A stretch of DNA of 64,000 nt from Methanobacteriota archaeon (lineage in GTDB: Archaea; Halobacteriota; Bog-38; Methanoflorentales; Methanoflorentaceae): positions 901,050 to 965,049 of the forward strand of contig OY969693.1 in assembly GCA_963701995.1 (NCBI GenBank), in the 5' to 3' direction. Position numbers and translations under genes: made by a program. This document shows, one piece after another, positions 29,483-39,730 of the stretch; position 1 is the stretch's first letter; each line of letters begins with the position of its first letter. The notes below the pieces were generated by a model. That model was given only the letters and a program-made list of their open reading frames with translations. It was not told the origin of the DNA and did not search any database.

Positions 29483-30403
29483 CTACAGAGCAAATCCCGC
29501 GACCGATTTCGTTTTGATCTTTAAGATAAGATATTCACGCATAAACGAAGGTATAACTTCCGCTACGTCTGAGAGGGTCGGACCTTCAATGAATTTCACA
29601 TTCCGTATTTTTTCGTAGTACTCGTCGTAAGGAAGCTTGATCCGCATACCGTCTAAATGCATCGTAATCGGCGTGGGAGATAGGCTTTCGCCAACTTCTG
29701 GAATTTGTTGTGTGATCTCGTCCATGAGGCGGAATGGGCTCACCGATAGAGGGTCCTTCTCAAGCTCTTCACGTCTCTCATCCAGAGCCTTGCTGATCAT
29801 TCCGACGATGCTATCCAGGATTGCGAACTCAGATTCTCGGTGAAACCCTTTAGCGCGTCGTCCTATTCCCCCAATGTACGCATACGCGTAGGGAACTGCC
29901 TCGCATTCCGGGCCCCCTGTTACTATTATCGGGAGGTCCAGATCCTCATAGAGCTGATATTTGACGTCTGTTATGCAACTTAGGAAATCCCCAAGAATAA
30001 ACAACGCCAAATCGTGCTCATTTATCAGCCCGCGCTCGCTCTTTGTCAGCTGTGCCGCGCGCCGTCCTACACCTCGAGCCAGGCCAATGATATTCGTCTT
30101 TGCGCCGTTCCTTCGAAGATACTCGGCGATATCGCACGTCGGGTGGGGCATGTGGTGATAGGCGAGACTCGGTGCGACAACGGCGATTTCAGTGCCGATG
30201 AGGGGTGCTCTAGTGATCGTTCCTAAGAGCTCTGCCGCTTTTTTCTCTACCGCGCTTATATCGTCACCTGGAACGAGTATCAAGAGCACGACTTCGAGCT
30301 GCATGACGTTCTTTTGCAGAAGGTGGCCGCCGAGATCCTCAACAAGCTCCATCAACTCGTCGTGTCGGTACACGCCACCAGTGTACATGAGAGGCTCTAA
30401 CAT
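29483..30403 (-). CDS. mmp7: methanogenesis marker protein 7
   Basis: YTGGVYRHDE..ELVEDLGG, HH.PHP.CDIAEYLRR.GAKTN.IGLARG.G. Confidence 0.9.
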   Translation of the reverse strand: MLEPLMYTGGVYRHDELMELVEDLGGHLLQKNVMQLEVVLLILVPGDDISAVEKKAAELLGTITRAPLIGTEIAVVAPSLAYHHMPHPTCDIAEYLRRNGAKTNIIGLARGVGRRAAQLTKSERGLINEHDLALFILGDFLSCITDVKYQLYEDLDLPIIVTGGPECEAVPYAYAYIGGIGRRAKGFHRESEFAILDSIVGMISKALDERREELEKDPLSVSPFRLMDEITQQIPEVGESLSPTPITMHLDGMRIKLPYDEYYEKIRNVKFIEGPTLSDVAEVIPSFMREYLILKIKTKSVAGFAL

Positions 30404-30404
30404 C

Positions 30405-30968
30405 CTACAATCCCGCCTCTTTGAGCAACCTGCGCCCCCGGTCTAGCCATTCCTGTTTGATCGGCTCCTCTGACGCCATGAACAGGATGTAGTCATCTGT
30501 AATGTCGTGCTTTATGATTCTGTAGCCTTCGGGCGCGACGCGCCGTATTGAATCGATGACTTTGCGCTTCAGCTCCGTCGTGGGTTCATAGATGGTTTCG
30601 TCAGGAATATCGTCGTCGGTCGCGACAAGGATGGTGTTCCGATCGAGCTGCAAGATGTTGGCCTTGCCGTATCGCGCAACGAGCTTATCGAGCAGATCGT
30701 TGACGTACCGTTCGTTCTTGATATCCAGCTTCAATCCGTCGTCGGTATGCGTCATCGTAGCGACGTCGGAGATCTTAATATCGGGAAGTGAGATCGCAAG
30801 CTTACCATATAAGATGAACACAGGTTCGTCGGGATCGATGAAGATTCTGATGTTGTACAGCGAGTGGGCGACGTCCAGGTCAGACAAGATGTCAGACGTT
30901 AATTCTTCAATCAAGCGCGCCCCCTGCTTATCAGGAGACTCTACTGCCACTTTTTCAGAATCGATCAT
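30405..30968 (-). CDS. mmp17: methanogenesis marker protein 17
   Basis: VES.D..GA, ERY...LL..L..RYG, RVAPEGYR, F.ASE motifs; conserved position between mmp15 and mmp7. Confidence 0.85.
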   Translation of the reverse strand: MIDSEKVAVESPDKQGARLIEELTSDILSDLDVAHSLYNIRIFIDPDEPVFILYGKLAISLPDIKISDVATMTHTDDGLKLDIKNERYVNDLLDKLVARYGKANILQLDRNTILVATDDDIPDETIYEPTTELKRKVIDSIRRVAPEGYRIIKHDITDDYILFMASEEPIKQEWLDRGRRLLKEAGL

Positions 30969-31033
30969 GTCGTATGCAATCTCTTTGTAGGTGGCTCGCG
31001 CGACGCCCCGCTGGGTTTTGCTTCATCAGGGCC

Positions 31034-32266
31034 TCATTCTACAAACCCGCTGGCGAGTAGCGCAGATCCGACTGCGCCTATGTATTGTGAGTATTTAGGT
31101 ACCACAACTTTCGTTCTGAGCAAGTCTTGCATCGCTTCTACGAGACCGCTGATGAGCGAGGTTCCACCGACCATGATGACGGGTTCCACAATTTCTAGCT
31201 CTTGAAGCTGCTGGTCGAAGACCTGTTCTGCGACGCTGTAGCAGGCCGCACTTGCGACGTCTTCTTTGCTGGCTCCGAGCGAGAGTGCGTTGACAAGGCT
31301 TTGCGTTCCGAAAACGATGCAGTAGCTGTTCATAGTCAAGTGGTTATGGTCTCCTTTGGACGCCAAGGGGCCTAATTCACTGATGTCCACCCCTAACCGA
31401 CGTGCGGTCATATCGAGAAAACGACCTGAAGCTCCGGCGCAAATTCCGCCCATGGTGAAGCTGCCGGGAATGCCATCTATGACCGAAATAGCCTTGTTAT
31501 CCATGCCGCCAATGTCGATGACCGTCGCGGGTCCTTTCTGTTTCTCTGCGAGATAAACCGCACCCTTCGAGTTTACGGTGAGCTCTTCTTGAACGAGCGC
31601 AGCTTTCATCGCCTCTCCGACGAGCAAGCGACCGTAACCCGTGGTCCCAAGCGCTTGAATTTCAGATTTGTTCACTCCTGCTATCTTCAGCGCTGTCGTA
31701 TACGCAAGTTCGGCACTCTTCAATACTTCGATAGTGTCGACCCAGCCAACTCCAATTATCTCGTTATCTCGCATTACCACGGCTTTTGTGGTGGTCGATC
31801 CTGAGTCGATGCCGGCAGTTAATCCTGTCTGTTTTTCACGCGCGAGCAAGGTTCGTCTCAGCGCGGTGGTTACGAGAGCTTCCATCCGAGTAAGGAGCGT
31901 TTCTGCAGTACTCCGTTCCGTAAATGAGTAGCTAATAACTGGCAGATTAGCACGCTCATGGATATAATGCCGCAATTCGCTTCGTGTTATGGCACCTTCA
32001 GCGCATCGAAAGCACGTAGTTATAAATACCGCGTCGACCGGGAAGCCACCTTCGACTATAGATTTGGCCCGCGCTATCATAAGCTGCAAATCAGGGCTGG
32101 CGACTTCTAGTCCCCACTCGCGTACAGCGTCTTTGATCGTGTCAGTATCTACTTCGGGATAGACTATCTCAGCATTCACGGATTCGACAGCATGTGCAAT
32201 TTCTTTTTGGATCCCACTGTATTCGGAGCCACAGGAGAGGTGCGCTATCCTAATTTTTCGCGTCAC
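31034..32266 (-). CDS. mmp15: methanogenesis marker protein 15 (acyl-CoA dehydratase activase-like ATPase)
   Basis: [53 protein letters not shown]. Confidence 0.92.
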   Translation of the reverse strand: MTRKIRIAHLSCGSEYSGIQKEIAHAVESVNAEIVYPEVDTDTIKDAVREWGLEVASPDLQLMIARAKSIVEGGFPVDAVFITTCFRCAEGAITRSELRHYIHERANLPVISYSFTERSTAETLLTRMEALVTTALRRTLLAREKQTGLTAGIDSGSTTTKAVVMRDNEIIGVGWVDTIEVLKSAELAYTTALKIAGVNKSEIQALGTTGYGRLLVGEAMKAALVQEELTVNSKGAVYLAEKQKGPATVIDIGGMDNKAISVIDGIPGSFTMGGICAGASGRFLDMTARRLGVDISELGPLASKGDHNHLTMNSYCIVFGTQSLVNALSLGASKEDVASAACYSVAEQVFDQQLQELEIVEPVIMVGGTSLISGLVEAMQDLLRTKVVVPKYSQYIGAVGSALLASGFVE

Positions 32267-32721
32267 GCGGGTACCTCCGCTTTGTGGGTCAAGGACTCGC
32301 AGAAGTCGCGTATCTTTTGCACGAATTCGCGCGCCTCATCATCATTCGTCGGATAAGCGAGCTCTAAGCGCGGAATATCCTTGTTACGAACGATGTACTT
32401 GACTAGTTCATTCGTTCGGGCGCACCCCATACATCCAAATGAGTAATCGGCCTCGTGAACGATGATAGCGGCTTCAGCCTCTTCTATCAGGGGGTCAAGA
32501 AGTGCCATCCGCCCGCGCACACCAGAAGGGACGTCGACCGCCGCATATTTGAGGCCTCTCTTCGGGTCTTCTGGTGTGACGTTAATCGGTGGGCTATCTA
32601 TTCCGACTTCGCTTATTTTCCGTCGTATGACGCGCATCAGCGTAAGCGGCTCGTGACCGAATCGCGCGACCAAATCAGATAGAATCAAACTGTTTGACGG
32701 AAATATGAGTATTTTAGCCAT
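32263..32721 (-). CDS. mmp5: methanogenesis marker protein 5
   Basis: [51 protein letters not shown]; start trimmed to ATG 32721 (or 32727). Confidence 0.92.
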   Translation of the reverse strand: MAKILIFPSNSLILSDLVARFGHEPLTLMRVIRRKISEVGIDSPPINVTPEDPKRGLKYAAVDVPSGVRGRMALLDPLIEEAEAAIIVHEADYSFGCMGCARTNELVKYIVRNKDIPRLELAYPTNDDEAREFVQKIRDFCESLTHKAEVPA

Positions 32722-33160
32722 TGACATCCTCTTTTGACTGCTCTTCAATGATCTCGATGAAGCGGTCGATCTTGAGCTTTTCGGGCTTTTTTTCGTTCTT
32801 AGCGTCCAATGGGTCGTTGATGGTCTCCAAACCATACGATATGCTCGGAAGAATGGCGGATTCCTTCTCGAGCTGGTGGAAGCCCGGTCGGGCGCCGCCC
32901 CCCCTAACGGCGCGACATCTTCTTGAGTCGCCTGGGGGGAACCCGCGGTCCTTGACGAAAATCCCGGATGGATCCAGTTTCCTCAGCTCTTCTATGGTTT
33001 CATTGACCGCTTCCTCTGAGCCCGTAACAATGAGCCCGAAACACGTCTCTTTCACCACGGCGTCAGTCGATAATTCATAGGCCCGTAGTGCCAGCTCGCT
33101 GGGCAAAACGGGGCTTGAGTCTGCAAGAACGACCATTTTTGTAATCTCATCTGATACCAT
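32714..33160 (-). CDS. mmp6: methanogenesis marker protein 6
   Basis: VKETCFG, IFVKDRGFPPGD.RRCRA.RGGG.RPGFHQLE. Confidence 0.92.
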   Translation of the reverse strand: MVSDEITKMVVLADSSPVLPSELALRAYELSTDAVVKETCFGLIVTGSEEAVNETIEELRKLDPSGIFVKDRGFPPGDSRRCRAVRGGGARPGFHQLEKESAILPSISYGLETINDPLDAKNEKKPEKLKIDRFIEIIEEQSKEDVNG

Positions 33161-33225
33161 TGCACCACTCGTTTCATAACGTAAGTATGTCAGCGGTTAA
33201 TATTATAATTATCTAGCAATATAAA

Positions 33226-34746
33226 TCACAGAGCTTCGTGAACGTATATTGTCTCATTTTCGCGCACGTTTTGAAGCGGGCTTGTGTGTAGTATCCTCCC
33301 AACGATGTTGGTGCTGTTGAACCGCTCACCGGTTGGTCCGTACTTTTCGTTATCTTCAAGCCGTACTCCGATTAGTCCCGCGTACTTGGAGGAGCGATTT
33401 GAAACACCGATTTCGCCGGCGCTCACTCTTGTCGTGGGCGTATTTTCCGGCACAATGTCAAACTTCTCTGCCGTCTGCGCGCGGAACATGATCGTCTTAC
33501 CGTATTTCACGTAAGCTTGCAATGAGCCTACGGGATTATCTCTCAAACCCGTGACCGTCCTCACGAACGCTACCGTTTTAGGAGCACGATCGTCATAGAG
33601 CTCAATTTTAACAAGCTTATCGTGCGGGACTGCAAAGGTTTTCACACTTTTAGCTTTGAGAATGTCGACTGTGTTGAGCGGCGACTGATGAACAACGACG
33701 GCGTCTTCGCCATCATACCCCTCGCGCTCAAGAGAAATACCTAATCGATTGACCTCCTCCTCTATCGCCGCGACGCGCAAGCCCAACAACATGATGCGGG
33801 TAGGATCGGTATACACGCGCAATCTCTGCCCCGGCGTCGCGATTTTGACGAGCTCCAGCCCCTCGCTGACATAGCCGATGACCGAATGGCTAGAATTTGA
33901 GGGCGTATCTCTCTTGTAAATGTATACGTTGCCACCGTCGTTTCCAGACGTACGGACGGTGATTGCTCCCTCGCTCCTCGCGTCGAGCATCTCAAAGGGG
34001 GACGAGCGACCGCGTAAGCGCGTGGAAACGACGTAGGTGTTGGTTACTGCATCCACTTGATAGCAGCCATCCTTAGCAAGGGCCAAGAAGTGTTCTACGC
34101 CCTCAGACGCATCTCTCGAGAGCGTTGCCTTGAAGTAGGTGTAGACTTCCATTCCATCTTCAAGTTCGATGTCAAAGTCAGACGTCGTGAACTTGTCGGT
34201 GATATATTCGAGTCGTTCAATCGGCTCGATTCTTTGAATTTCGTCTCCGTTCTCGAGCTTTTCGAGGACATTTCTGCCTGCGACTGCTTTTCCAACTATG
34301 GCGTTTGTTCCGTACGAGGCGGTATGCCGCTTTTTTATAAATGAAAGGTACGTATTTGTCTGATCAAACCCGCCAAGGCTGTATGTAATATCCCAGCGCT
34401 CGTATTCTCGTTCACCGCGATCGATCTCAAGGTCGCTCGGAACGGGGCCGGCTGATACTATCTGGGGCTGAGACCAGTGGACCTTGGTCCCAACAAATAT
34501 TTTATAAGTGCGCAGCCAAAGGCGCCGGCTCGGTTCATCGACCTCAATTCTGATCTCGCCCTTGTTTGTGTAAACCGCATATTCCTTGATGACGTCCAGT
34601 TTTTGCGTTTTTCTCCCCTTTATGATGCCCACAAGCAGGCCGTCGCGGTAGGGGGTATTCGTGAGCTCAAACGCATCGCGGAGCGTGCGGGTTGCGCGAT
34701 CGAGCACAACCTGTTTCCCATCAAGAACGATGAACTTGGCGCACAT
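33226..34746 (-). CDS. mmp3: methanogenesis marker protein 3 (cyclophilin-like)
   Basis: EGVEHF, G.ITVR..G...G.VYIY, P.GSL, PENTP, GEIGV.N, GVRL.DN..YGPTGE.F..TNIVG. Confidence 0.9.
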   Translation of the reverse strand: MCAKFIVLDGKQVVLDRATRTLRDAFELTNTPYRDGLLVGIIKGRKTQKLDVIKEYAVYTNKGEIRIEVDEPSRRLWLRTYKIFVGTKVHWSQPQIVSAGPVPSDLEIDRGEREYERWDITYSLGGFDQTNTYLSFIKKRHTASYGTNAIVGKAVAGRNVLEKLENGDEIQRIEPIERLEYITDKFTTSDFDIELEDGMEVYTYFKATLSRDASEGVEHFLALAKDGCYQVDAVTNTYVVSTRLRGRSSPFEMLDARSEGAITVRTSGNDGGNVYIYKRDTPSNSSHSVIGYVSEGLELVKIATPGQRLRVYTDPTRIMLLGLRVAAIEEEVNRLGISLEREGYDGEDAVVVHQSPLNTVDILKAKSVKTFAVPHDKLVKIELYDDRAPKTVAFVRTVTGLRDNPVGSLQAYVKYGKTIMFRAQTAEKFDIVPENTPTTRVSAGEIGVSNRSSKYAGLIGVRLEDNEKYGPTGERFNSTNIVGRILHTSPLQNVRENETIYVHEAL

Positions 34747-34762
34747 GCCTATTATGCGTCCG

Positions 34763-36358
34763 TCAGCTGGCCGCTTTCTCGTGTTCCGTCAGAACGTCAA
34801 GCACCTGCGCGGTCGATCCGATGGAGATGATCTTGCCCCCGCGCATGAGAGCAGCCCGGTCGCAGACCTCCCGAACGAAATCGAGATCGTGCGATACGAT
34901 CATAAACGTCTCGCCGATTTCCGCGCGCGCAGTCAGAATTGAGTTTGACACGTCTTTCTTGGTGATTGGATCCATCGTTCCCGTGGGTTCGTCCAGTATA
35001 ACGAGGTTGGGCTCTCGAATCAAAACCTGTGCGAGTGCCACACGATGCCGCTCTCCTTGACTCAGCTCATCCGGCACCTTAGCAAGGATACTCTCGCTCG
35101 TCGACTCGCTAAAGCCGGCCGCCATCAGAGTCTGTACGGCTTTGTGTTCTGAGAGTTCAGCGGGAAGTTCCAAGCCTATGCTACTCGTGAGGTTATCCAA
35201 AACGTCGCGGAATGGGTAAAGGTCATATTCCTGGTAAAGTACGCCAATGTACGGCTTCGCTCTTCCTCTGTTATCGGGTCCGGGCATAGTCATGTCCACC
35301 CAATCATCCCCAATGCGCACCTGCACCTCGCCATTCGTCGGCTCGAGCACACCTGCGATGATCTTGGAAACGCTTGTTTTTCCCGCCCCGCTTAATCCGA
35401 TGAGGCCAAAGACCTCCCCCTCTTGGATATCAAACGAAACGTTGCTGACGGCTCTGATCACTCCTCGGTCGAGTGTCACGTATTTCTTTTCAAGCTCCGC
35501 CACTTTCACTATCGTGTCGCCAGAAGCGACCTCGTGTTTCTTTATCTCCCCAACAGTGCTCAAAAACTCATCGACGACTTCTTTCGGGGCGCCTTCCTTG
35601 GCGATCCTGCCGTCGTCGAGCAGTATTGCTCTGTCAGCCATCGATTCAATGTCTTCGGGAAGGTGCGAGGTAACGAGCACAGCCATGTCGTTCGTTTTGG
35701 CCTCGTGTTGGATTATTTTGTGGATGATCTCCGCTGTCTTGCGGTCCAGGGTGCCGGTGGGTTCATCAGCGAGCAAGATGATCGGCGATCTTGCCAGTTG
35801 GCGTGCTAAAACAACCCGCTGTTTCTCTCCGCCGCTGAGATCACGCGCCATGTGCATCATTCGATGTGATAACTTCACCTGATCAATAAGTTCAGACGCT
35901 TTGTAAATTGCCTCAGAATCGCCGTACCCGCGCTCTGTGAAGCTCCTCATAACGTTTTCTATGGCGCGCTCGTCTCCGTAAAGAGCGAAAGTGCGCTGTA
36001 GCATTATCGCAACGCGGCTCCTGACGTCCCTTAGCAAATCGCTCTCTTCATCTGCCCACGCGTCGACTCGGAAGAATTGCATCTTTCCGGAACACACGGC
36101 ACAGGGTTGTCCAACGCGACTGGGCACGTCGACGTGGCGACACTTTCGACAATACGCTACGTTGTAATAGATTTTACCGCTGGTAGGTTTGTATTCTTTC
36201 AATCCTCGTATGGCGTGCAGTAAGACGGTTTTTCCGACCCCGCTCTTGCCTATAATTCCGAGTACCTCGCCCTCGTCAAGGGTGAAATTGATGCCTTTTA
36301 ATATCTCAAATTCGCCGAATGTTTTGACCAAGTTTTCGACTTCTATCAAGATGGTCAT
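34763..36358 (-). CDS. atwA: methyl-coenzyme M reductase system component A2 (twin ABC ATPase)
   Basis: Two ABC cassettes, CxxC...CxxC Zn insert, IMLQRTFALYG, HRMMH.ARDLSGGEKQR, W.DM..PG...RGRA. Confidence 0.95.
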   Translation of the reverse strand: MTILIEVENLVKTFGEFEILKGINFTLDEGEVLGIIGKSGVGKTVLLHAIRGLKEYKPTSGKIYYNVAYCRKCRHVDVPSRVGQPCAVCSGKMQFFRVDAWADEESDLLRDVRSRVAIMLQRTFALYGDERAIENVMRSFTERGYGDSEAIYKASELIDQVKLSHRMMHMARDLSGGEKQRVVLARQLARSPIILLADEPTGTLDRKTAEIIHKIIQHEAKTNDMAVLVTSHLPEDIESMADRAILLDDGRIAKEGAPKEVVDEFLSTVGEIKKHEVASGDTIVKVAELEKKYVTLDRGVIRAVSNVSFDIQEGEVFGLIGLSGAGKTSVSKIIAGVLEPTNGEVQVRIGDDWVDMTMPGPDNRGRAKPYIGVLYQEYDLYPFRDVLDNLTSSIGLELPAELSEHKAVQTLMAAGFSESTSESILAKVPDELSQGERHRVALAQVLIREPNLVILDEPTGTMDPITKKDVSNSILTARAEIGETFMIVSHDLDFVREVCDRAALMRGGKIISIGSTAQVLDVLTEHEKAAS

Positions 36359-37209
36359 TCAAGTGTTGCCTCCTTCGACCCCGTACGGTTATAACCGTTA
36401 TTCGTAATAATGTTTTTTAATATGCCAGGCAAGAGCGTTAAGTCTTTTATTACGAGATCGGCTGCTTCGTAGAGCGTTGCGGGACGTTCCTCCTTCTGTT
36501 GTATCGTTAGAACTCCAAGGTCCGCGGCTCTCAGTGCGGGGATGTCGTTTATCCCATCGCCCACCATCACGACGTCACAGTATTCTTCCTTAAGTTCGTA
36601 GACCAGTTGCTCCTTTGCGCTCGGAGTTGCGATGTCCCTGACGTTCTCGTACGGAATATCAATGCGGTCAGCGAGGGCATAGAGGGTGTTTTTCGCATCA
36701 CCCGAGGCTACGTAGATGTCGCCTCCAATACGTTTGAGTTCATCAATCACAGGACGCGCCGACTCGAAGAGTTCTCCGCATGTGGCCAGAACGTACGGAA
36801 TATGGCCTTGTTCAATATCAACGATTGCCGCAGCGCCGGTGAAGTACGACGCGCTGCAACTTTTGCTGACTTCGTGGACTACGTCGACTAGATCCTTTAC
36901 TCGACTCTTTGTATCCCGCGCAACAGCGTGTAACACCGTCGTTTCAGCAACCGGGACGTTGGAGCAAACAACTACAAGGTCTACGTGGTAGATGTCCAAG
37001 AAATCAGCGATGGACAAGTCAGTGGGCACGCCGTCTAGGTCCTTGGGAACATCCAGCTGAAACACAGCAAGCACGTAGTCCAGCCGCGTCCCAATGAAAC
37101 TGAGGGATACTATCTGATGCAAAAGCGTGCCTTGGTCAATATCCTTTGCTACGCGATGTTTCTCGAGAAGTGTACCCGCGCAGTCGAACACAACGGCAAA
37201 ACCTTTCAT
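36355..37209 (-). CDS. HAD-superfamily hydrolase (soluble P-type-ATPase-like)
   Basis: FDCAGTL, YVASGD, K, MVGDGINDIPALRAAD motifs; ATGA overlap with atwA. Confidence 0.85.
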   Translation of the reverse strand: MKGFAVVFDCAGTLLEKHRVAKDIDQGTLLHQIVSLSFIGTRLDYVLAVFQLDVPKDLDGVPTDLSIADFLDIYHVDLVVVCSNVPVAETTVLHAVARDTKSRVKDLVDVVHEVSKSCSASYFTGAAAIVDIEQGHIPYVLATCGELFESARPVIDELKRIGGDIYVASGDAKNTLYALADRIDIPYENVRDIATPSAKEQLVYELKEEYCDVVMVGDGINDIPALRAADLGVLTIQQKEERPATLYEAADLVIKDLTLLPGILKNIITNNGYNRTGSKEATLE

Positions 37210-37332
37210 TGGCTACCAGCGAGCGTGTGATACGAGTCGGTCATAAGAGAGTGGTCAAATCGAGAGAAATACGTGAAATGATAATTAAATCGCAGGAGGA
37301 ACCCTGCAACGGGCGCAACTCATTAAGAGCGC

Positions 37333-37575
37333 TCACTTACTGCCTTCAGGGGCTAGATCATCAGAAACTATAATGATATCGCCAACGCTTATGATTTTCG
37401 ACCAAGGAACAATTGTTTCCCCTTTGAGCAAGCCTTTTGAGACATCTAGTGAAATTTCCTTGTTATCCCAGTTAATTAGAACATCTCTTACCTTTCCTAC
37501 GTTGACCCCGCTAAGCGTCGAAACGTCTTTATGCAATACTCCACGCGTCATGATGACACCCTTCACATATTGCAC
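37333..37575 (-). CDS. single PRC-barrel domain protein
   Basis: KDVSTLSGVNVGKVRDVLIN...IVPWSKIISVGDIIIV. Confidence 0.85.
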   Translation of the reverse strand: MQYVKGVIMTRGVLHKDVSTLSGVNVGKVRDVLINWDNKEISLDVSKGLLKGETIVPWSKIISVGDIIIVSDDLAPEGSK

Positions 37576-37803
37576 GTCGTGTTATGTATAAAAAATGTTG
37601 CTTTGAGCATCTTTAAATCAGAATACGTGCTCAACAGGTAGACGTGCACAGAGCAGTTGAGCAGAACGGCGAGCCAAGTGTTCACAGTTTTTTCTAGCAT
37701 TTTCAGAAAACCAAGGTACGCGATCGGCGCTAGTGCGTTGGGCAGCTACCTAATGTTAGTGAACTTTTCAGAAGCAGATACGTTGTACGGGCTGTCGTCA
37801 GAA

Positions 37804-39615
37804 TTAGCGTCTTGCAGGTCGCTTTTCGGGCTTTTCCACATCGATCACACCTTTTGCGATGTCGATTGGCAGCTCCTGCTCTCTAATACTTAGTGGCGTC
37901 GCGTTGTACCAGAAGCTGTTGAAGAGCTCCTTTTCGATGAAAATGAATTCAGAAATGTCCGTTCTGAAGGCTGATTTGTATATCACATTATCTATGTCGC
38001 CGGTGTCGTAAATATAACTCGTTCCGAGCAGCTTGTCATCATCGGATATAAAAATTCCTGCCCCAGTCTCCGATTCAAGATGTCGAATTTCAAAATACTT
38101 AGTAAGCAGACGCGCTTCTTCGATGTTGATGCTTTCAATAGGTGCCAGCAAACGATACGTAATCTTGGGCATCTCTCTATCCTTGATCAAATTATAGAGC
38201 CGTTTTACCCCCATACGAGTTTGTATCACGTTGAATTCATTTTTCGATCTGTCGAGCATCTCGTAGAAAGCTTTGTAGACGTTCTCCCTCTTCTTTATGA
38301 CTTGGATCGTCTGCACCACTCGTCCTGCCGTCAGCTCTTGTTCTCTGTACCGCAGCTCGATTCCTGAGTGCCACATGTCTTCCATCATCGAGTGCTGCGT
38401 TTCAACGAAGCTCTTAGTATTCGTGTAAATTGAATTATAGAGCTCTGCGCCCTTCTCACTAAATGAATAAAGCAACACTTGCATTGCTTGCTGATCGATG
38501 ATTACCCCCGTGCTATGCACAATCTGAGGGATATGGCGCACATCGGCACGTTCCGCGATTTCTTGTGCCGCTTGCAGATTATCCTTGTTGATCTCGGCCA
38601 TTACAATCACGTCAATACCTCGTTGTCGCGCATCCTTTGGAATGAGTGGTGCCAAAATCGGCAAAGCCTCGCTTCTGATCCACAAGAATATCTCTTTCTG
38701 GGCCGTGTTTATGAGCGACGTGAAGTCTTGTAAGATCTCCTGGTAGTCGGTAATGACGCGCGTGACCTCGATGGGCTTACCCGTCTCTATCTCTTCTATC
38801 CTAAAACGGGCATCTACTCCTCTGTCCCAGAGGGTTTGAAATAGGGAACTCTGGATCTCAATAAATCCGCTGTTGTTCGACCATAGCGACGGGGTGAGTT
38901 CGACTCGCTCTAACTCGTCGAGATCCTTTGTTACGCCCGTATACATTGCCTCTTTGCAGTCTGAAATAACGACCGCGATATTGCTCATCATTGGTGAGTG
39001 TCGTATCTTAAAGCACGTAGAGAGCTGCTTTACTGCATCGATATTGTTTGGCGTAATCGGAAGCAGGATTCGTAGATCTTCGATCCTGCATTTGTTCTCA
39101 TCATCTACAAAATAGTCGCCAAGCACTTTGTCCCATCGAAGGAGCCAAAACTCGGTAGAGATGATCCAGAGCCTTTTTTCTGTCGCGTGGAAGGTCTCGA
39201 GACGCCGGTCGATAATATCGTCTTTGTCATACAGAACGATAAAGCCCTCTTCGATCGGACACCATTCGACGGGCAGGCCTTGCGCTTTTGTGCGCTCAAC
39301 GTCCCACAGCTCGAGTAGCGTATCTCGCGCCTTGCTGAGGCTCTGTAACTTCGCGGCCTCTTTACTAATGGCAGGATTTAGCAAGGAGGACGGGTATGCA
39401 GCTATGAACGTTTCCGGATTGGTCGATATACGCTTAGCGAGTCCTTGTTTCGAAAGCTCTAGCAGGGCCTTGTTTGCACCGTGACTGGTGAGATGAAGCG
39501 ATTCGGCTACTTCAACTGCCGTTCGTCGTCCGGTCTGTAGCAGATGAAGGTACACCTCTCCAGCTTCTTTTTTGAGGCCAAATTGTGAAAAAAGAGTTAA
39601 TATATCTGCTGGCAT
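37804..39615 (-). CDS. TrmB-family transcriptional regulator with three tandem PLD-like effector domains
   Basis: N-terminal FGL...EA.VY..LL..G..TA.EVA HTH; three ~170-aa repeats each with (R/I)(I/V/L)L.PI...N...A..L....(I/V)RH, a IsD.k motif and a F..LW end. Confidence 0.78.
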   Translation of the reverse strand: MPADILTLFSQFGLKKEAGEVYLHLLQTGRRTAVEVAESLHLTSHGANKALLELSKQGLAKRISTNPETFIAAYPSSLLNPAISKEAAKLQSLSKARDTLLELWDVERTKAQGLPVEWCPIEEGFIVLYDKDDIIDRRLETFHATEKRLWIISTEFWLLRWDKVLGDYFVDDENKCRIEDLRILLPITPNNIDAVKQLSTCFKIRHSPMMSNIAVVISDCKEAMYTGVTKDLDELERVELTPSLWSNNSGFIEIQSSLFQTLWDRGVDARFRIEEIETGKPIEVTRVITDYQEILQDFTSLINTAQKEIFLWIRSEALPILAPLIPKDARQRGIDVIVMAEINKDNLQAAQEIAERADVRHIPQIVHSTGVIIDQQAMQVLLYSFSEKGAELYNSIYTNTKSFVETQHSMMEDMWHSGIELRYREQELTAGRVVQTIQVIKKRENVYKAFYEMLDRSKNEFNVIQTRMGVKRLYNLIKDREMPKITYRLLAPIESINIEEARLLTKYFEIRHLESETGAGIFISDDDKLLGTSYIYDTGDIDNVIYKSAFRTDISEFIFIEKELFNSFWYNATPLSIREQELPIDIAKGVIDVEKPEKRPARR

Positions 39616-39730
39616 TCTTTACCTCTAGCATCCCCAGCTCCCCGCTCTGAGCGACGAGTTAATGGTCCTAACTAACGATCGTTGCACAGCTTTGAAATTG
39701 CCGCAACTGCTGTTAGTTGGGGTTGGCCGG

